Positions 60,451 to 64,000 of a stretch of 64,000 nucleotides of DNA are shown here, piece by piece (the stretch's first letter is position 1; each line of letters opens with the position of its first letter). This stretch comes from Podarcis liolepis (lineage: Eukaryota). The position numbers and the translations under genes were made by a program. The DNA lies in the NCBI GenBank assembly GCA_965112155.1, contig OZ218103.1; one strand, written 5' to 3'. The notes beneath the pieces are model-generated. The model was not told where the DNA came from and made no database searches. It saw only the letters and a program-made list of their open reading frames with translations.

Positions 60451-63400
60451 TCAGGGTGGGTGATTGGGAGGCAGAGGACTGTGGAGAAAAATTAGGTGAG
60501 AATGGGAGAAGGAGACAGGCACTGAAATTGGGGTCAGCAGAAGGGGGCATGAAAAAGGCCGTCTTCTTTTTAAGTCTACCTCCTGCCTCATCTCTCAATT
60601 CCATGTTGGTCTCCTCTTGTTTCTTTTATTAGGTAGTTCCTGTATCAGGATCTGAGTAAGGAATGGCCTCCTATGTACTTTTCCTTACAACTCCTGCTGT
60701 TTTGTTATGTAACGCTATTCATGGTCTCATTTCATACTCTAGATAGTATCATTCGGCTCAAAGCAAGGTGTGCCAGTTACAGCTTGTTACCCAGCACCTG
60801 CGTTTAATCTGCTCCAGGAAATTTCTGTGGTCTTAGTCCAAAGCTCCTTGAAGCCAGCAGGATCGCCTTGATTGCCATGGTCTCTGCCCTCCCCCACTTC
60901 GGCTTATGGATGCTTCACCTTCAAAGCATCTTTCTCCTATGAGCTAACTGGTCTTGTGCATGTCTGATATAATGAACTAGAGTCTGAGTTTTGAAGCTGG
61001 CTTGTGAAAATGAGTTAAGGGGCAGGGAGCTCAAAGGGTATGTTGTTTGCTGGGGGGTGGGGTGGTGGAACTGATAATGCTTAAAGACTAGCCCTGCTCT
61101 GCTTCACTGCTTGCATGCACCCCCATGTTCAGGGTTTTTTTTAAAAAAAAACCCCAACCCAGTTATTAGAGAAATACCATCAGCCTTCAGCATTCCTTCA
61201 GCACACGGAAGTTAACCCCTTTCATAAGTTGCAAGTGGTTCGGAAGCTTTGCTGAGATTGGCAGAACCCACTCTGTTTTATGTTGATCTTAGGTTTTATA
61301 ACCTTACCCACAACTGGCTTTGGGGGAAAGGGTGGAGGGTGCTGTGGTTGAACTTGCCACTCCATAAACATTTCCTAGAAAGGATGTTATCAAATTAAGA
61401 AAAACAATTCAGTGAAAGTAGATTCAGGTTTAGCAGGAATGGCAAGTTTGGCTTTAAAATGTGAAAATCATTTCCTGATTTTAAGGACTTCTGTAGTTGG
61501 AATATATTGTAAAGCCTTCATAACCTCACAAGGAAGGATTTGTTTTAGAAACTAGTGATGAAGTGCCGCCATGAAGGTGATTGGGAGGGGCAGCTGCTGG
61601 CCAAGTGATATTCAGCCTGCCAAGTTGTTCATCCTGGGGAAAGGGTCAGACTCCAGAGTAATTCTGGGGGTGTAAAGAGAATATGGCAGCCCAACCTGAG
61701 AAAGCTGGCCATTACGTCACTGAGTCTTCTGTTATTTATGCACACACTCCACACTCATGTTCACTCATGCCTCACTGATAACCATGTCTAGGCTCCAAAT
61801 TGTTAAGTGGCCCTAAATTTCTTTGCTGTCCTTGTGTGGTTTAGCTCCTTGCTTTGCAATAAATTTTATTCAGTGCTCTTCTTTTCTGGACTTGGGTTGC
61901 CAACTCTTTGCCCTAAGATGATGCCTGGCCATTTAAAAGCTCAGAGGATGCACAGAAAGAAGTTGCAGCGGGTGAGGAGGAAAGGCTTCCTTTGTGCAAG
62001 GGACAAATTGTGTGGAATTCCTCACGTGCAGCCAAACTTGTGATTTGTTCTTATGCAGTTCACACAACAGATTCACCATGTGCACACTCAGTTCATGAGA
62101 TCAGGGCATAAACACACACACACACACTAGGCCTTAGACAACCTCCCTCAGGGTGGGGTGGAATGAAAACCGTTGGTTTTTTGTTTTGTTTTTGTAAACA
62201 GGCCCAGAGAAGTAACAATGCCCAGCAGGCCAAGATAACAGAATATGTTCTAATTAAAATCTGTGTCTGGAAAAGCACATCACAGAGTGCTGCTGCCTCG
62301 ATTTGTTTTGGCTTCTGTAATTTAATATTTTTTTGTTTGAGCCAGTACACTGCAGTGTTATTTGGAAAAGCACTAAATGCTTATGGGGTAGGTCTTGTTG
62401 TTGGATAGATCTGTTGTTCTGTGTGGGGTCTCTGTCTCTGTTCTCCCCCACTCCCAGATACAGTGTGTCTGTCTGTATCTTCCCTGAATGTGGTAAACTT
62501 AGCAGAAATAAGGGTATCCTCAGCCTTTCTTTCTGGTGTGTATCTGATGCACAGACATGGGCTCATTAGAGGAACATTAAAAAATAAGACTTCCTCCTAC
62601 CTGCATTCTAAAGTGGTTTTGTCCAAAAGTGTCCCACCTCTGCTTTGCGCAATGTGAAAATGATCTCTTAGGTTTAACTAGTTAGCCCTCTGAATGGCAT
62701 CATCCTTTCGCTAAATTCTCTCTCATTCTTTAGCACCAGTGGAGTGACAGCTTTCTGTACCAATGTATTTGTGAAGTGCAGGTCCATGGCACTTTCATAA
62801 ATGACACAGAGGTGCCACTTTATATATATAGAGAGAGAGAGGTACTTGTTTGTCAGCGGATCATGGTGGAGGTGGGGCATTTTTGAATTTTACCATTGCA
62901 GTTGCTCACTGGGAGACATGAAAAATGGATGGAGACATTTCTTTCATTCCTATCAGCAGCAACGTTTACACTACAGGGCTAGCCTTGATCTGGCAGCAAC
63001 TAGCCCCAAACCTGTAGAGTGAGTTCCTATCTTCTTTAGCATATGGTTTAAATCAGTGGCATTTGGCCAGAGTTTGCAGTGTTCAAACAGTCAAATTCTC
63101 AAAATGTTTCACTGGCAAAAGGCTTGGCGAAGGCTACAAAGCACTCTTTCCAGATTTCTGCCAGCAGACAGTGGCCATTTTAGCCCTTGAACAGAAAAAA
63201 AAACTGGGCTGTGTAGCTCTTGATGTCTCATTTAGGAGGGTGCATGAAAAGGACTGTATTAATATTCTCCCTCCACTGTAATATGCTTTGGGCCTCAGGT
63301 GTGCAATGATAATATTTCAAACTGAATCACAGTTGCTGTTTGTGGAGACTTTAATTATTGTGGTTGGTGTGTGTATTTGTGTGTGTGTGTGGTTGAATAA

Positions 63401-64000
63401 CTGACAGAGAGAGCTGGGACCATGAGAAAGGCTTTCTTTTGAGTGGCAGGGTGAAATTCACAGGTTGCTGAGCTCACAGTTTGTTTCCTGGTGACTGCGC
63501 AAGTCTTTCATTTGTGTATTATGTATGCTGCTTCCTTTTCATTAAAGTCATCAATACTGATGCTGTTTATTCCAGGCGGTGTCAGATCTGTATGGAAAAA
63601 ACTCCGTGCAGGGTGAGATATGCCTCCACAGAAGTTGACAATAAGAAGCCTGGCTGCTGTGATAGCATAGCTCCCCAAAATGAGCACTTACATTGAACTG
63701 TATGTGCTATTACGTGTTGATGGTTGATTCCTTGGAAGCATTCTGTAGGCTATAAGCACATTTGAGACAGCAATGACGGGGTAAAGCTTTTGTAGATTCT
63801 GTAAGTTAGGCTCAAATCAAAGGCAGATTGCAATTTCCTTCTCTGATATGAGCAAGGGGAAAACATAAACATATTTCTATACCTGCAGTGAAAGTAGAGA
63901 CGTTTATAGTATCACAATTGATCACTGGGCCAGGTGTAGCAATAAAAAGGCCAGAACTTAAAAGCAAAGGGTCTCCTTGCACACTGGCACTCCCTCTAAT

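Noticed and set aside
1-64000. CRISPR arrays, operons or other prokaryotic systems
   Set aside because: The sequence is vertebrate intronic/intergenic DNA with no regularly spaced repeat-spacer array and no gene-dense coding structure.

Overview
This is vertebrate genomic DNA, almost certainly from a squamate and probably a lacertid lizard, judged from Sauria/Squam1 SINEs and squamate-type MITEs and LINE tails. It reads as a long intron or 5' region of a large gene. No multi-exon CDS is visible. The long ORFs in the track are either chance ORFs or LINE remnants (CR1 RT at ~4.3-5.1 kb, L1-clade ORF2 C-termini at ~21 and ~27 kb, L2 RT at ~54 kb). The best gene evidence is a probable first or alternative first coding exon on the + strand at 56648-56679: perfect GCCACCATG Kozak, peptide MLKFRADRRV, phase-2 donor CAG|GTAGGA, preceded by a uORF-rich leader. 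The rest is a dense, often nested set of transposable elements: Tc1/mariner-pogo MITEs with TA TSDs, hAT MITEs with 8-bp TSDs, several SINE families, a CpG-rich LTR fragment and a Penelope-like end with a decayed hammerhead motif. Repeat-poor, enhancer-like blocks lie between them. The most interesting observations are three different tRNA heads (Lys, Asn, Ile-like) joined to the same CR1 tail, a 5S-containing chimeric SINE, a MITE that captured a LINE tail, and a 42-bp inverted pair ~1 kb apart that pairs best on the + strand RNA. I found no evidence for CRISPR arrays, intact tRNA/rRNA genes or a novel protein-coding system. Family names come from recalled consensus sequences, and many repeat boundaries are approximate.
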